Origin: Pelagomonas calceolata | Taxonomy: Eukaryota | Reading direction: 5' to 3' | Length of the DNA: 64,000 nucleotides | NCBI GenBank assembly: GCA_918797485.1 | Contig: CAKKNE010000003.1 | Span: 1,860,001-1,924,000, forward strand | Notes under the pieces: generated by a model | What the model was told of the DNA's origin: nothing | Seen by the model: only the letters and a program-made list of their open reading frames with translations | Databases searched by the model: none | Translations under genes and position numbers: made by a program | Shown: positions 32,764-44,056 of the stretch, piece after piece | Position numbering within the stretch: position 1 is the stretch's first letter | How the letters are laid out: each line of letters opens with the position of its first letter

Positions 32764-35700
32764 ATGCCAAGCCCGCCAGCAAGCCCGCGAACAAGCCCGC
32801 GAAAGGCCACGCCGCCGGCCCAAAACCGAAGGAGCGAAGCGTTCGAGATCCGCACCTTGGCGGCCGGGTTGAGCGCTCTGGTCCTCCTCCTCACCGTCGA
32901 CCTGGAACGAGACGTGACACGAAACAACAGAGAAGCAGCTAGACTACGCTTGGCCGTGGCCGCATTAGCGTCGGCCTGGGCGCCGATGCTTACGTTAGTT
33001 GCGGGCCACTACGCCCACCCTTTACACTGGAAGTACGTCCAGCCCTTCGCGGGCGGCGCGGGCTTCGTCGTCATGCAGGCGGCCGGCTGGATGCTCCACG
33101 CGTCGACGCTGTGTGCTTTCTTGGTGTCGTTCATGAACTTCGACAGGGCTCTGCTGGCGCCGCCGGGCGCCGCGCTCGTATTGGGCGCGGCGGCGGCGAC
33201 GGCGCAGCTCACGCTCAATGTGAGCATAGACCGCTTTCGAGCGACGACCCAAGAAACTTTAGCACATGGCGAGAAGAACTCGGCACTGTCGGCGCTGTCG
33301 GGCATGCTCGTCGGCGCGGCCGTCGCTCTGTCAGCTCTGGCGGACCGGACGCTCTCTATATCTCTTGGTAAAAGAGCAGCACCAGCATTAGTGATTTCGG
33401 CCTGCGGCTGTCTGGGACTAGCGGCTCTCACGACGCACGCGGTGCACGGGCCCTTGGTGAGAAAACACTACGCGCCGTGGATGCCGTTTCGAGGCGGCCC
33501 GCGCTTCGTTTTGCTGCACGCCTGCGCCTGGACTTTAGTCGGTGTCCTCTGCGACGTGCTATTGGCGGTCGGGCCGACGTCGGTGGCCTATGTAAAAGGA
33601 GGGCCTTTAGCCATGTGTAGTGTGGGCGGCGTGGCTAATGCGGCCCTGATGTCGTCGTTAGATTACTTTGATGGGTCGCAGCAAGTCAAGGCGAGCATGG
33701 AAACGCCGTCGTCGTTAGTTGTAGCAAGGTTGTTTATCTTATGTGCGTTGATAGGCTACTACACGCCCGTCTTCCCGGACGAGTGGATCATGGGCACAGG
33801 CGCGCCCGCGGCGTATGTGACGGCTACACTATTGGCCCATGCGGCTCCCGTATTGGCGCATGTGGGCGCGTCCCGAAATATAGCGCACTACCGCCTGTTC
33901 ATGGTCGGGGAAGGAGGCTCTACTTTCGTCATCACGCAAGGTTGTGGGTGGATGATGTACGCCTTTTCTCTGCTGTTTTCCGGTGCTACGGTCGTGACCA
34001 AAAACACGGCCCTGGGCACCTTCGCCTCGCCCCTCGCCGTGATCTCTGCTGGTGTGTTAGTAGCCTCCGTGTCGTTGTTTGAGCACACTCAGGATGAGTC
34101 AGAGGAGCAGCCGCGGGAGCTCTGGCATGTTAAGTGTGCTGCGTCTGCCTTTGATGATTTAGATGCTGCCGCGGAAGACTTGTATGTTTTAAGGGAGACG
34201 GCGAAGACGCCCGCCAGTCGCGCCCTACTGAGAGCCGCGGCCCAAGCGTTAGAAAGTGCCGCAGCGGAAAGAAGGACGGCGATGACCACAGACGAAGAAG
34301 ACGAGCCCGTGGCGCTGGGGTGTTCCTTGGACGCGGACGGTGGTATCATGCGACGGAGGAAACAACGTCATGCATTGCTCGTGAAAGCACTACCGATAGT
34401 AGCGGCTCCGTCCGCAACAGCCTTAGGAGCGCTCTTACTACATGCGGCGGAGCACACGCGCGGGCACTACGCGCCTCTCTTAGCTGTTTGTGCCTTACTA
34501 TCGACATTGTTCGCCGCACCCTTACAATTCATGAACAAGCGCGCGCAGCCGTTCGCGCACACGGCGTCGCTGGCCGCGTGGTCGTTTGCGGTGTTAGCGG
34601 CGTTATTAGCTGTGTTAAGGCCGCGGGAAGGTAGTATGCCTTTGGCGGCCTGCGGCTGGGTCGGCGTCTTCCTGCAAGGGTTAGCTTTGGCGCTCGGCGG
34701 TGGTACTCCAGTACATAAGCGGTCCTCGTCGAAGTACCTGCGGAAGCTCGAGTCGTTATCCGTTGATACGCGTTCTACCGGTACTGTGTTAGATGCCCCG
34801 GAGGACGTCTGGCAGCGCATCGAGCGCCATCTCGTGTCGCGCGATCTAGGTGCATTAGCCTCTACTGCGAAAGCGCCGCAGTGGTGCAGCGCCTACACCA
34901 CTCCCCAGAGATGGAGGAAACGATTAAAACAGCTGGCCGCCGTCGAGCCGTGTGCGCAGCAGGACGTCGCCATTGTGTCACCTCGAGCGGGTCTGCCTCC
35001 TCGAAGACATAAAGATAGAGGCACGCTGGACTGGAAGTTCGCGTGCTACTTGCGGGATAGAGGAGCGCCGTTATTACGATGCTGCCGGTGCGGCGACGTC
35101 GACGCGATCGCGAACCTCGAAGATATCCGGCTCGCGCCGTGCGCGCGCTGCGGCCGCGCGTCGGCGGCTCATAGAAGGTGCCTCGAGAAGAATATCGTAA
35201 GGCCCGTCTTGGGCTCTGATGTAAGAGATGAGGACGTCGGAAGCTGCCCGGCGTGCGGGACGGCCTTAGACGCCGGGACGCGGACGCCTTGTGACGTGAC
35301 GGAATTTGGAGCGTGCGTCTGGCACGACGGTCCTAGACTACGGCGCGCCGTGTTGCGGGTCTGCGCCGACGCTTTACTGGTGTATGTGGCCTGTTCTAAG
35401 CTAAGGGCGTACGCCACGCAAGGTTTTGTGGATCAGTGCGGGCGCGAGCCTGATACACTACGTCCAATATTTGTGGTCTGGCTCACGCTGCAGGTCGCTT
35501 TGCTACGCGTCGTCCGGTCGGACGCGTACTCCGAGACGCTCATGCACATCTGGCAGCACCGCGGGTCCGTCGTGCGGTATTTGGCGTTGTACGGCTTCCA
35601 CGTCGTCGCGTTTGTATTGAACATGGTCGCCTTTCTGCCCTGGGGCGCGCCGCGGTGCGCCTCGGCGCCGCTTTTTGAGTGGGGCTCGTTCCTGATGCTG

Positions 35701-35838
35701 GCGCTGGGGACGCTGGTCTCGGCCGCGTGCCTCGCGGCCTTCGAGCGCACGACGTACCTCGTGCTGACGGTCGCGGATTTGGCGGAGTCGCCGGGCTCGC
35801 CGACGGCGACGGCGCGGCACCTGCCGCCGCAGCGGTAG
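32764..35838 (+). CDS. Large multi-pass membrane protein with F-box-like and RING-variant-like segments
   Basis: Repeated (Q)PFxGGxxFV TM modules; LDAPEDVWQRIERHL (F-box-like); CCRC...PCARC...AHRRCLE...CPAC (RING-CH-like). Confidence 0.65.
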   Translation: MPSPPASPRTSPRKATPPAQNRRSEAFEIRTLAAGLSALVLLLTVDLERDVTRNNREAARLRLAVAALASAWAPMLTLVAGHYAHPLHWKYVQPFAGGAGFVVMQAAGWMLHASTLCAFLVSFMNFDRALLAPPGAALVLGAAAATAQLTLNVSIDRFRATTQETLAHGEKNSALSALSGMLVGAAVALSALADRTLSISLGKRAAPALVISACGCLGLAALTTHAVHGPLVRKHYAPWMPFRGGPRFVLLHACAWTLVGVLCDVLLAVGPTSVAYVKGGPLAMCSVGGVANAALMSSLDYFDGSQQVKASMETPSSLVVARLFILCALIGYYTPVFPDEWIMGTGAPAAYVTATLLAHAAPVLAHVGASRNIAHYRLFMVGEGGSTFVITQGCGWMMYAFSLLFSGATVVTKNTALGTFASPLAVISAGVLVASVSLFEHTQDESEEQPRELWHVKCAASAFDDLDAAAEDLYVLRETAKTPASRALLRAAAQALESAAAERRTAMTTDEEDEPVALGCSLDADGGIMRRRKQRHALLVKALPIVAAPSATALGALLLHAAEHTRGHYAPLLAVCALLSTLFAAPLQFMNKRAQPFAHTASLAAWSFAVLAALLAVLRPREGSMPLAACGWVGVFLQGLALALGGGTPVHKRSSSKYLRKLESLSVDTRSTGTVLDAPEDVWQRIERHLVSRDLGALASTAKAPQWCSAYTTPQRWRKRLKQLAAVEPCAQQDVAIVSPRAGLPPRRHKDRGTLDWKFACYLRDRGAPLLRCCRCGDVDAIANLEDIRLAPCARCGRASAAHRRCLEKNIVRPVLGSDVRDEDVGSCPACGTALDAGTRTPCDVTEFGACVWHDGPRLRRAVLRVCADALLVYVACSKLRAYATQGFVDQCGREPDTLRPIFVVWLTLQVALLRVVRSDAYSETLMHIWQHRGSVVRYLALYGFHVVAFVLNMVAFLPWGAPRCASAPLFEWGSFLMLALGTLVSAACLAAFERTTYLVLTVADLAESPGSPTATARHLPPQR

Positions 35839-36274
35839 TAGTTGTCCTTTTTGTAACTTTCCTGTGTTGATTGAACGAACGTGTCTCTTGCGGTCCAGAG
35901 AAACCTCGTGGGTTCGTTATATATATTTCTGTTACTCCTGGGTTCATCGTCGGCGCGCCGCGCGTCTTTCCGTGTGGTGTAGTGTGACGCTCCCACGACA
36001 GCTCCCGAGACCTGAATACCGCTCCCCGGCGGCCCCTCGCCCGCGGAGCGGCGCCACACTTCAAATTAGCGGCTCGCTACTGTACGGGGCGGTCTCTCGT
36101 CGTCGCCGTGGGATGTCCGATGAGCGTAATGATGGCTCACCGATGCGGCAGCCGGCTGCAAGGCTGCGGGCCGCGATAAGTCACACGCGAAAAATAAGTA
36201 GCGCCACCGGCTGCCCTGCGGACGCAAGCCCGGGCATTTGACGCCTATTGGGGGCAGCCGCCACGCCCGGCGCC

Positions 36275-38116
36275 ATGCCCCGCCTAGGGCTGCTGCTGGC
36301 AGCCCTCACGCCCATTAGGGCCTGGTGGGAGCGCCACGCGCAGGACAGCTCCGTGCTCACGCTGAGCGTCCCCGCCGGCGACTCGTTCGTGCGGGCGACG
36401 CAAAAGCTCGCGGAGGACTGCGACCTGCAGGAGAACGAGGCGGCCATCGTCGACGCGTTCCGAGGGCGATATAGGTTCACGCTCGGCGACAGCGACGTCG
36501 CGCCGTACCGCATGGATTTGCTGGTCACGAGCGAGCACTGCCACCGCCAGGACATCTCCATGAGCACGGCGAGCGGCTGGCGGCACAACTTTGGGGCCTT
36601 GTATTTCGATGGCGATGACGATGTTGATAGTTTAGCTGCTCTGGAGTGTGCTCGAATATCAGCACCTGGTGCTGGTGTAGCCCCGTGCGAGAAAGCGTTG
36701 GCAGCTAGACTCCGAGAAGTTCTCAGAGTAGCGGGCGCGCGGCCGCCCTGCGCCGGCGCCTGCCCCCACGCGCAGGAGCGACGGCGGCACGACGACTCGA
36801 CAAAACGCGTCGAGACGGCTATTGCTGCTGCTTTAGCTATCGAGCGCGGCGACGTCGAAGGTAATGGAGCAGGAGCTGCCCGCGCGTTAGCCATGGCCGG
36901 CGCGGCGCTCAAGTCGGCTCGAAGCCCGCCGCGGAGGAACGACTGGCCCGCCACGTCCCTCAAACAGTGCGCTTCCGTCGATCCCAGTACGAATGAGACC
37001 ACGACCTGCATCCTCGAGAACGTGTACGTCCTGAACGGCCAATTCCTGATCCTGCACGACGACGGCGACCACATCGCGAAAATCACCGACGAGGGCCAGC
37101 CCGGCGGCTACGTGGAAATGAATCAAACAAGGTGGCTGCCCCGGTTAAGACTGGCGCCTTCTGCCGATTCTCCTGTCTTTGAGCCGAAACGACTGGCGCG
37201 CCAGGCGTTTGATGATATGCGTTCAAGTCTAGGTGTTCCGGCGCGGGACGCGTCCGTCGAGCTGTTGTTTGCCCTTGAAAGAGTAGGTGACGACCAGTTG
37301 CATCCCGGTCATGTTTTGACGTCCTATGCTCTCGCGGCGTACTGGGCGATGTCCCTCCTCAATTTGGTAAGTGAGCCGTGGCGTCTCCACCTAACGGATA
37401 AGCGGCCGGCCTTCGCTACCGACGGCTGGCTGGCGTCTGTAGTGAATGAGAAGCCGCTCTATCGACGCCATTTGGAGACGACGCTGTGCCCGCGCGGGTC
37501 TATATGTAGGATACCGCGCTTCGTGGTCGGCTGCGGGTCGCTGGACTGGAACCAGTACCGGGACAAGCCGCACGTCTTCGCGCCGGTGCACCGCGCCTTC
37601 GCGAAACGAGGGCGGCAGCTGCTGGGTTTACCGGCCGACGACGGCGCGCGTCCTAGAAAAGCGTTGCTGATTCAAAGGTTGCATTCTAGGGTCATCCCGG
37701 ACGCGAAGGCTCTGGCGACGAGCGTCGGTGCCGATCTAGTGATCCTGGACCACATGCCCCTCAAGGAGCAATTGGATCTCTTCGACAGCACGCGGGTTAT
37801 TATTGCCGTTGATGGTGGCGCCTTAGATTTATCCCTGTTAGCTCGGCCAGCCACGGGCTTCGTCACCATAAAACGCCCGCACGACTCGGAGTCGCCGGAC
37901 GGCTGCCTGAACTGCCCGACGGGCGGCCCGGACGGTCCCTGCTGCGACTGGCACCTCGCTTTATTCGGCGCGGCGAACGGCACGTGGTTGGGCGCTGAGA
38001 GTTTGAATCCGGGTGCTGGGTTGTCCGTCGATCCGATTGCGCTGAAAGGCGCGATTTCGCGAGTGAACGCGCGCTTGAAAGAGCTCTCCGAGTTCAAGGG
38101 CCAGGGCGACCGATAA
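36275..38116 (+). CDS. Glycosyltransferase family 61-like protein
   Basis: Signal peptide; CILENV, HPGH, LLIQR..SRVI, MPLKEQLDLF...IIAVDGGAL. Confidence 0.7.
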   Translation: MPRLGLLLAALTPIRAWWERHAQDSSVLTLSVPAGDSFVRATQKLAEDCDLQENEAAIVDAFRGRYRFTLGDSDVAPYRMDLLVTSEHCHRQDISMSTASGWRHNFGALYFDGDDDVDSLAALECARISAPGAGVAPCEKALAARLREVLRVAGARPPCAGACPHAQERRRHDDSTKRVETAIAAALAIERGDVEGNGAGAARALAMAGAALKSARSPPRRNDWPATSLKQCASVDPSTNETTTCILENVYVLNGQFLILHDDGDHIAKITDEGQPGGYVEMNQTRWLPRLRLAPSADSPVFEPKRLARQAFDDMRSSLGVPARDASVELLFALERVGDDQLHPGHVLTSYALAAYWAMSLLNLVSEPWRLHLTDKRPAFATDGWLASVVNEKPLYRRHLETTLCPRGSICRIPRFVVGCGSLDWNQYRDKPHVFAPVHRAFAKRGRQLLGLPADDGARPRKALLIQRLHSRVIPDAKALATSVGADLVILDHMPLKEQLDLFDSTRVIIAVDGGALDLSLLARPATGFVTIKRPHDSESPDGCLNCPTGGPDGPCCDWHLALFGAANGTWLGAESLNPGAGLSVDPIALKGAISRVNARLKELSEFKGQGDR

Positions 38117-38131
38117 GTTTTATCTTTAGCT

Positions 38132-38998
38132 TTATTTACTCCCCATGATCTTCCTCAGCGTCCCCCAGGGGTCCGCCCGGATGGCATTGTTTCTCACCGC
38201 TTTCTCCACAGGATGCGCCCCCGGCTCGTCGAACTTGACGCCGTCGACGGGCGTCACCCTCAAAATAGCTCGGGCGGCGGGGTCATCCACGCATTTCTCG
38301 AACGCCGCTTCACTTACGAAATCCGGCGTCAGCAGCCCTCCAAACAACTCGACCGTCCGCTTGTTCCGCGGGTCCTTGGCCAACGTGTCGGCGTTGACCA
38401 TGCCCGTGTCGGCGAAGGACGGGCACACGGCGTGCACGCGGATGCCCGTCGGAACATTCTTTTTGATTGATGGATCGTAGCGCTTGGAGGCTGCAACGTG
38501 CATCGCGCGCGTGAAGCCCACGACGGCGTACTTCGTCGCCGTATACACGGGCATCACCGTCGTCGGTATCAGCCCGGCCATGGACCCCACATTTAATATA
38601 ACTCTAGAAGTGCCGTCCTCGATGGGTTTTTGTCCTTCAAAGGTTTCTAGAGCGAGCCTCGTCCCATTTACCACACCATCAACATTAATACCGATCATGG
38701 GCTCCCAGTTCTCGAAGAGGTCCGCGCCGTCGTGAGCTACTATCCCAGCGTTGTTTATGACCAATGACAGGTCCTCGGCGTTGGCGAAGGCCTCTCCAAG
38801 TTGTTCCTTGTCGGTCACGTCGCAGCTCACGAATGTGGTGTTGCCTCCAAGCTGTTGGCACGCCTCGTCGCCCTTCTTTTGCGACACCATGTCCGCCAGT
38901 CGTACGCTGCCGCCGCGCTGCAGCCAGCTGCGCGCGAAGGCCATGCCTAGGCCGCCGCAGCCGCCGGTGATCAGCGCGAGGCCGCGTTGGCAGGCCAT
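38132..38998 (-). CDS. Short-chain dehydrogenase (15-hydroxyprostaglandin dehydrogenase-like)
   Basis: TGGCGGLG, NNAG, YTATKYAVVGFTR. Confidence 0.85.
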   Translation of the reverse strand: MACQRGLALITGGCGGLGMAFARSWLQRGGSVRLADMVSQKKGDEACQQLGGNTTFVSCDVTDKEQLGEAFANAEDLSLVINNAGIVAHDGADLFENWEPMIGINVDGVVNGTRLALETFEGQKPIEDGTSRVILNVGSMAGLIPTTVMPVYTATKYAVVGFTRAMHVAASKRYDPSIKKNVPTGIRVHAVCPSFADTGMVNADTLAKDPRNKRTVELFGGLLTPDFVSEAAFEKCVDDPAARAILRVTPVDGVKFDEPGAHPVEKAVRNNAIRADPWGTLRKIMGSK

Positions 38999-39203
38999 TT
39001 TGAGCTGTGCTCGCTTTTTAGCCTCGCTGGACTTGGATGCAGTGTGACTGTGAAGCCTGCAGGAGTGCAAAACGCTGCCTGAAAGCAGTGAGAGCGGTGC
39101 GAAATGCTGCCGGTGGGCCTTTTCTGCCACTAATCGACGCGACTGCGATCTGTGCTAGCTGTGAGCCTGCTCAAAACCTTGGCATGCGCCGGCTTGCATG
39201 CTT

Positions 39204-39225
39204 GCTAGTATCTCTGTGCGCTAGC
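39204..39225 (+). promoter_or_regulatory. CTAG dyad motif, degenerate
   Basis: gctagtatctctgtgcgctagc. Confidence 0.5.
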
Positions 39226-39332
39226 GGCGACAGCGTGCCGCCCACTTGTCCTCCTCACACAATACAAGCGTGCGGGCATGGTTCGTGTATCAACAGGTCT
39301 TGTTCTTAGTAAACTAGTCCGTGGCACGCAAC

Positions 39333-39935
39333 TCACGCGGCCTTGATCTCGCTGACCGTGAACGTCGACGCGCCGAAGACGACCGTGTTGCCGGCCGCGA
39401 GCGGGTGCGGCTTGCCCTCCTCGATGGGCTCGCCGTCGATAGACGTGCCGTTCGTGGAGCCGACGTCGACGAGGACGATCTCGTCGTTCTTCAGCTCGAT
39501 CTTGGCGTGCGTCGTCGAGACCTCGTTGTCCTTGGGCAGGCTGATACCCTTCTCGCGGAACTTCTTGCCGCCAGACCTTCCGACGAAGCAGGCCGCCGCG
39601 CCGACCGTCATCTTGAAGGCGATGCCCTTGTGGGGGCCCGTCGTCGCCACCATGGTCACCGCGCGCGGGCCCGCGATCGGCTTCGCCGCGGGGCACTCCT
39701 GCCGCAGCGCCTCCTTGGCCTTGGAGACGGCGTCGTGGTGGTCAGCGACGAGCCGGCCCGTCAGGCCGTCCATCTCCGCGAGGATGAGGTCCCGCTGCTT
39801 CATGAGGTAGCTCTCGACCGTATCGTTACCGAGGTTCTCGTCGGGCTTGGCCAGCCTCTCGCGGCGCTGGCGCTTGATCTCGCGCAGCGGCTCCGGGGTC
39901 GAGCCCGCGGGCGGCGGAGGCGCCATGGTGGTCAT
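39333..39935 (-). CDS. FHA-domain protein
   Basis: VGRS...DNEVSTTHA...DVGSTNGT. Confidence 0.9.
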   Translation of the reverse strand: MTTMAPPPPAGSTPEPLREIKRQRRERLAKPDENLGNDTVESYLMKQRDLILAEMDGLTGRLVADHHDAVSKAKEALRQECPAAKPIAGPRAVTMVATTGPHKGIAFKMTVGAAACFVGRSGGKKFREKGISLPKDNEVSTTHAKIELKNDEIVLVDVGSTNGTSIDGEPIEEGKPHPLAAGNTVVFGASTFTVSEIKAA

Positions 39936-40076
39936 TGTCGGTCTTAATCACGTCGGGGCTCGACCGTAGGCGCCGCGCTGAAGCTCAGTACTGTAATGGA
40001 CTGCGCTCTCAGTTCCAGTGGGTGCGCAGCGGCTCGCGCGGCGCACCAAACGAGGCGGCGTTTTTTGCAACAGCTC

Positions 40077-40097
40077 GCTAGTGTGTTACAACGCTAG
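40077..40097 (+). promoter_or_regulatory. CTAG dyad motif
   Basis: gctagtgtgttacaacgctag. Confidence 0.65.
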
Positions 40098-40257
40098 AAA
40101 TTACACACGTCCCGAGGGGTCCCACCCAATACAACGCGACACGTCGACAGTACGACCGATGCGTGGCGAAAACGGTATAAGCCTACTAGCCTACGAAGCT
40201 TGATGATCTCACACACGCACCATCAAACGGTGTGGAGGATCCTACGAATTGCAGACC

Positions 40258-40620
40258 ATGGCGTCGCTGGAGCAAGGAAGCAGCAGCACACAGCCGACAA
40301 AGGTCGTCGAATTCGGGTCGAGGCATAGCGCGTTCCAGCCCGTGAGACCACGAATATCCAAGGAGAGCACGCCCTGGCTGCCCACGGGAGCGCGAAGGGG
40401 CGGGCAGCCCCTCATGGGCCCGCCGCCGTCGCCCTTGCTCGCTCCGTTGACTCCTCCGGCGCGCTCAAGGTCGGAGGAGCGCGAGCGGTCGTCGGACGAG
40501 TCTTCGCTCGGTTCTCCGTCTTCGTCCAATCACTCGCCGCGGCTACCGCAGTTGAGTTGGGGCCAGCAGCGCGACGAATACTTGGCGTTGAGTATAGGCC
40601 TTGGCGCCGTCGAGATATGA
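40258..40620 (+). CDS. Small hypothetical Ser/Pro-rich protein
   Basis: ATG ORF downstream of a dyad motif; no domain recognised. Confidence 0.35.
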   Translation: MASLEQGSSSTQPTKVVEFGSRHSAFQPVRPRISKESTPWLPTGARRGGQPLMGPPPSPLLAPLTPPARSRSEERERSSDESSLGSPSSSNHSPRLPQLSWGQQRDEYLALSIGLGAVEI

Positions 40621-40805
40621 AGGCTTTCCTCTGCATAATAATTCCTTTCGTACATACCGCGGGTTCTCGTCGCCCGCGGGTGTCGCTCTCCCCTGACGCC
40701 ATCGACGCGACGGTACTATATATGGGCGTAACACAGTTACAAAGAGGAATGCGGGTAGGCATTGGAGAGCGTGACGCGGCGGCCTTGTGCCGAACGCGGG
40801 ACGAT

Positions 40806-41665
40806 CTAGAAGCAGAGGTTCGAGGCGACGGCCGCTACGTCGAGCGAGCCGGCGACCGGCAGGCCGTCGGCGGCGTAGCCCACGAACGTGTTCTCCGCGA
40901 GGCGGCGACAGGCGTCCCCGAGGCCCGCCGGCGGCGCCGGCGTCGGCGGCAGCGCCGCCGCGACGTCGTCGAGGAGGCCCGGGAGCAAAGAGCGGCGCGC
41001 CTTGCGCACAAGCGGCGTGCGGCCGCGCGGGCGGCGCGGGCGCGCGGCCGAGACCTTCGAGACCGCCGCGGCGGCGCGGATCACGCCCGCTCTGAGGAAG
41101 ATGGCGAGCGCCTTGAGCGGCTTGCGGCGCGCGAGCCGTCCCGTCTGGTACCTGTATTAAGGACAACGTCGCGTCGATGGCGTGGGCGTCTGAAATTTGA
41201 TTTCCACACCGTCATCTACTCCTCGTAGAGCGGCTCCAATGCTTCGCCGAGCTGGGGCGCGTCGATCGCCACGCCCAGCGGCCGGGCGTAGTGCGCCGCC
41301 GTCCAGCGCGCGAAGGGCGCGCGCGTCTCGGCCCAGGCAGCCGCGCGCTGGGAGACGGCCGCCGAGACGTCCTTGAGCGTCGCGCCCGGCGACGCGTGGA
41401 CGGTGTCGGTGAGCGTCGCGTGGAGCTCGGGCACGAACGCTTCCGCGTCGCGCTTTGCCAACCGCAAGGCTGCATCCAGCCACGGTGGATTGGCCAAAGC
41501 CGGCAGCGGGCCGACCACGGCCGCGTCGAGCCAGGCTTTGCGCGCGTCCGGCTTCTGGAGCGGCTTGGGCGCGCGCGCGCGCGTGATGAGGGCGCCGAGG
41601 CGGAAGCCGTGCGCAGGCGCCGCGGCGAGGAGCGCGCACGCCGTGATCAGGCTAGAGATTCGCAT
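40806..41665 (-). CDS. Hypothetical secreted/plastid-targeted protein (263 aa; exons 41665-41220, 41151-40806)
   Basis: Signal peptide MRISSLITACALLAAAPAHG-F; 68-bp GT-AG intron restores the frame. Confidence 0.65.
41152..41219 (-). mobile_element. Short introner intron (68 bp)
   Basis: GTAGATGA|CGGTGTGGAAATCAAATTT..core..ATACAG|GTACCAGA. Confidence 0.85.
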
Positions 41666-41926
41666 CTCGGGCCTCAAGGGCGGCATTTCTGCCGCTGAAA
41701 AGCCGACGTAAACGGTAAGAGCTGCGGTCGCGCCGCGCTCAGCGCTGCCGCGCCCCGGTGGCGGCGCGTAGGGTGCGCACGGCGCTCCCAAATAAAATGC
41801 GGCCGCGCGGCAGAAACGGCGCTTGGAAGAGCCGTCAAACCAGCCTTCCACCAAGTCGAGGGCTTCCCCACGGGTGCCCGAACTCGATCCTCTGAGAAAC
41901 GAAACGGGAAACGGAGTGCCTGTCGT

Positions 41927-41950
41927 GCTAGTGTCTTACAGGCCGCTAGC
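41927..41950 (+). promoter_or_regulatory. CTAG dyad motif (divergent gap)
   Basis: gctagtgtcttacaggccgctagc. Confidence 0.7.
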
Positions 41951-42114
41951 TAATTACCACCATACGACGGAGGCAAAAAGCAAGCCGCGGGCGCAATAAA
42001 AACCGCTGCAGCGCGTCTCGTGAACGCCTCAACACCGCTACAGCCGTCGCTGCCACTTTCGCTGCGCGCCTTGGCCCAGCACTCGGTCTGAGCCCCCCTC
42101 ACTGAAACAGCAGC

Positions 42115-42783
42115 ATGGCCTCCTACTCGAGCCCCCCGACCTACAAGCCGTCGACGTACGCCGCGGCCCAGAATCCTGATGTGTACGCCGAGGACTACGA
42201 CTGGGTCATTAACAAGTTACGAGCAAGGGGCTTCAAGACGCTGCAGGATCGGCGAGCCGAAGCGGAAGAACAGAGAAAGCAGCGCCTAGCCGCCTGGGAG
42301 GCCGAGAAACAGAGAAGACGCGCGGCGGGAGAAAACCCGGACCAGCCCGGCGACCAGGAGAAGAACCCGTCCTGGTGGAAGGACATGAAGTCGCTGCCGG
42401 GCGCGCAGGCCGACGAGAAGAAGGACGAGAAGCCCTGGGACCTCATGACCGACGAGGAGAAGGAGGAGAAGAAGATTAGGGATAAATGGGGCGGCACGTT
42501 GGCCGAGTCGGTCCCGATCTCGGACTTGCGGACGCTGAACACGAAGGGCTACATTCCCCGGTCCCAGGCTACCTGCTTCCGATGTGGCGAGAAGGGTCAT
42601 TGGTCGAGGGACTGCCCGCAGTCGGCCAAAAATCAGATGCAGGCCAAGGGTGCCGATGAAGGTATATTAGGAAGGAATCGGGCCGATTTGAGAGGCAGGG
42701 ACGCGCGCATGTACGACAAGCGCATGCTCGAGCAACGGGAGAGGAACCACTACGGCGGGGGCGGGCACTACGGGGGGCGGTAA
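42115..42783 (+). CDS. CCHC zinc-knuckle protein
   Basis: CFRCGEKGHWSRDC. Confidence 0.8.
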   Translation: MASYSSPPTYKPSTYAAAQNPDVYAEDYDWVINKLRARGFKTLQDRRAEAEEQRKQRLAAWEAEKQRRRAAGENPDQPGDQEKNPSWWKDMKSLPGAQADEKKDEKPWDLMTDEEKEEKKIRDKWGGTLAESVPISDLRTLNTKGYIPRSQATCFRCGEKGHWSRDCPQSAKNQMQAKGADEGILGRNRADLRGRDARMYDKRMLEQRERNHYGGGGHYGGR

Positions 42784-43331
42784 TTTGCTTTCTGTTAGTC
42801 GCGTTGATGGCGTGGAGTGGCGAGCGGCTGCGTCGATGGCGTGGAGTGGTTGCGGTCCAACGGGCGAAGACGACGAACGACGAGGCCGATGCGGTTTCGC
42901 TCGAACAGTAGTGCTCGCAATATGATGGGCGTCACCGCGCCACCGCGCATGTCCGCGGCGACGCCGTGCCGGTGACAAGGAAAAGAGCCGACATTCGAGG
43001 GCTCCGGAACCGCGTGGAACTGTGCTTCGACCATTGCCAGGCCGGCGCGCGCGGGGCCGCTAGCGGGGTCAAAGCGAGGCCTCTGGAGGGGGGGGCCGCG
43101 CTGCGTGCGACGCGCGTTGGAGACGGCGTTGCCGTGCCGCAGCATCGCTGATCGCATTATTCAAACCGCTGCTTCGTGCAACGAGTGCGCATCCGTTCCT
43201 GCCGCAGCACTCCACTTTATCTTTGGCGCCAGCAAAGCTAAGCTGCGCCGGACGCCGTCGCAGCGAGCTAGAAACGGCTTAGGGGTGCCTCCAGCGGGTC
43301 GCGCGGTCGACGCGAGCCACTGGGCGAAAAG

Positions 43332-44006
43332 ATGACCGAGGGCGGCATGGGCGCCGCGGCGCTGCTCGCGAAGGCCGAGGAGATCAAGGCCAAGGGCAAT
43401 GAATTTTTCAAGAATGGGGATTATAAAAAAGCCATTACAAGGTTCGCACGCATCCGAGCTTATACGTGGGTTCCTTCCGGCGAGGCTAGACAATACGGCG
43501 GCATGGGCGCGAACGCGTCCCGGGAGTTTCAGTACGCGGAAACGGAGACCCAGCAACTCACGCGGCTCGACCAGATCGCCTGCGGGAACATCGCGCAGTG
43601 CTACCTGGAGCTGGGCCAGTTCCGGAAAGCGCTGGATTTCAACGCCAAGGTTTGTGGGCCGCCCTGCTCTCGAGGGAGTGAGGCGGCCGAGCGGCAGGAT
43701 CGGGAAGCCCCGAACCCCGACCTCCACGTGAAAGCGTTATCTCGGTCGTCGCGCTGTTTGTTGGCCATGGGCGACCTGGACGGGGCGAAGGACTGCGTCC
43801 TTAGAGCCCTCGGCCTCGACCCGCAGTACAAGCCCGCGCGCGCGCTGTACAAGAAGCTCCAGGAGGCCTTCCGCGAGCACGCGGCGAAACAGAAGCAAAC
43901 CCTCAAGGGCGCCTTCGCCGCGGACCACGCGATCACGGCCGACGACCGCGTCGACCTCGAGCCCGACCGGCTGCCCATCGACGAGGACCCGTCGGACGGC
44001 GCATGA
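43332..44006 (+). CDS. TPR protein (TTC9-like)
   Basis: KAKGNEFFKNGDYKKAI, GNIAQCYL, KALSR...ALGLDP. Confidence 0.8.
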   Translation: MTEGGMGAAALLAKAEEIKAKGNEFFKNGDYKKAITRFARIRAYTWVPSGEARQYGGMGANASREFQYAETETQQLTRLDQIACGNIAQCYLELGQFRKALDFNAKVCGPPCSRGSEAAERQDREAPNPDLHVKALSRSSRCLLAMGDLDGAKDCVLRALGLDPQYKPARALYKKLQEAFREHAAKQKQTLKGAFAADHAITADDRVDLEPDRLPIDEDPSDGA

Positions 44007-44056
44007 AACTTGTTGTTGTCGCTTTCTAGGCGGCTTTATAAACATATACTTATCAC

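Noticed and set aside
37790..37830. GT61 motif VDGGAL instead of the usual HGAG
   Set aside because: A single substitution in a divergent family; cannot be interpreted without an alignment
42115..42783. CCHC knuckle as a retrotransposon gag
   Set aside because: No pol, LTRs or TSD nearby
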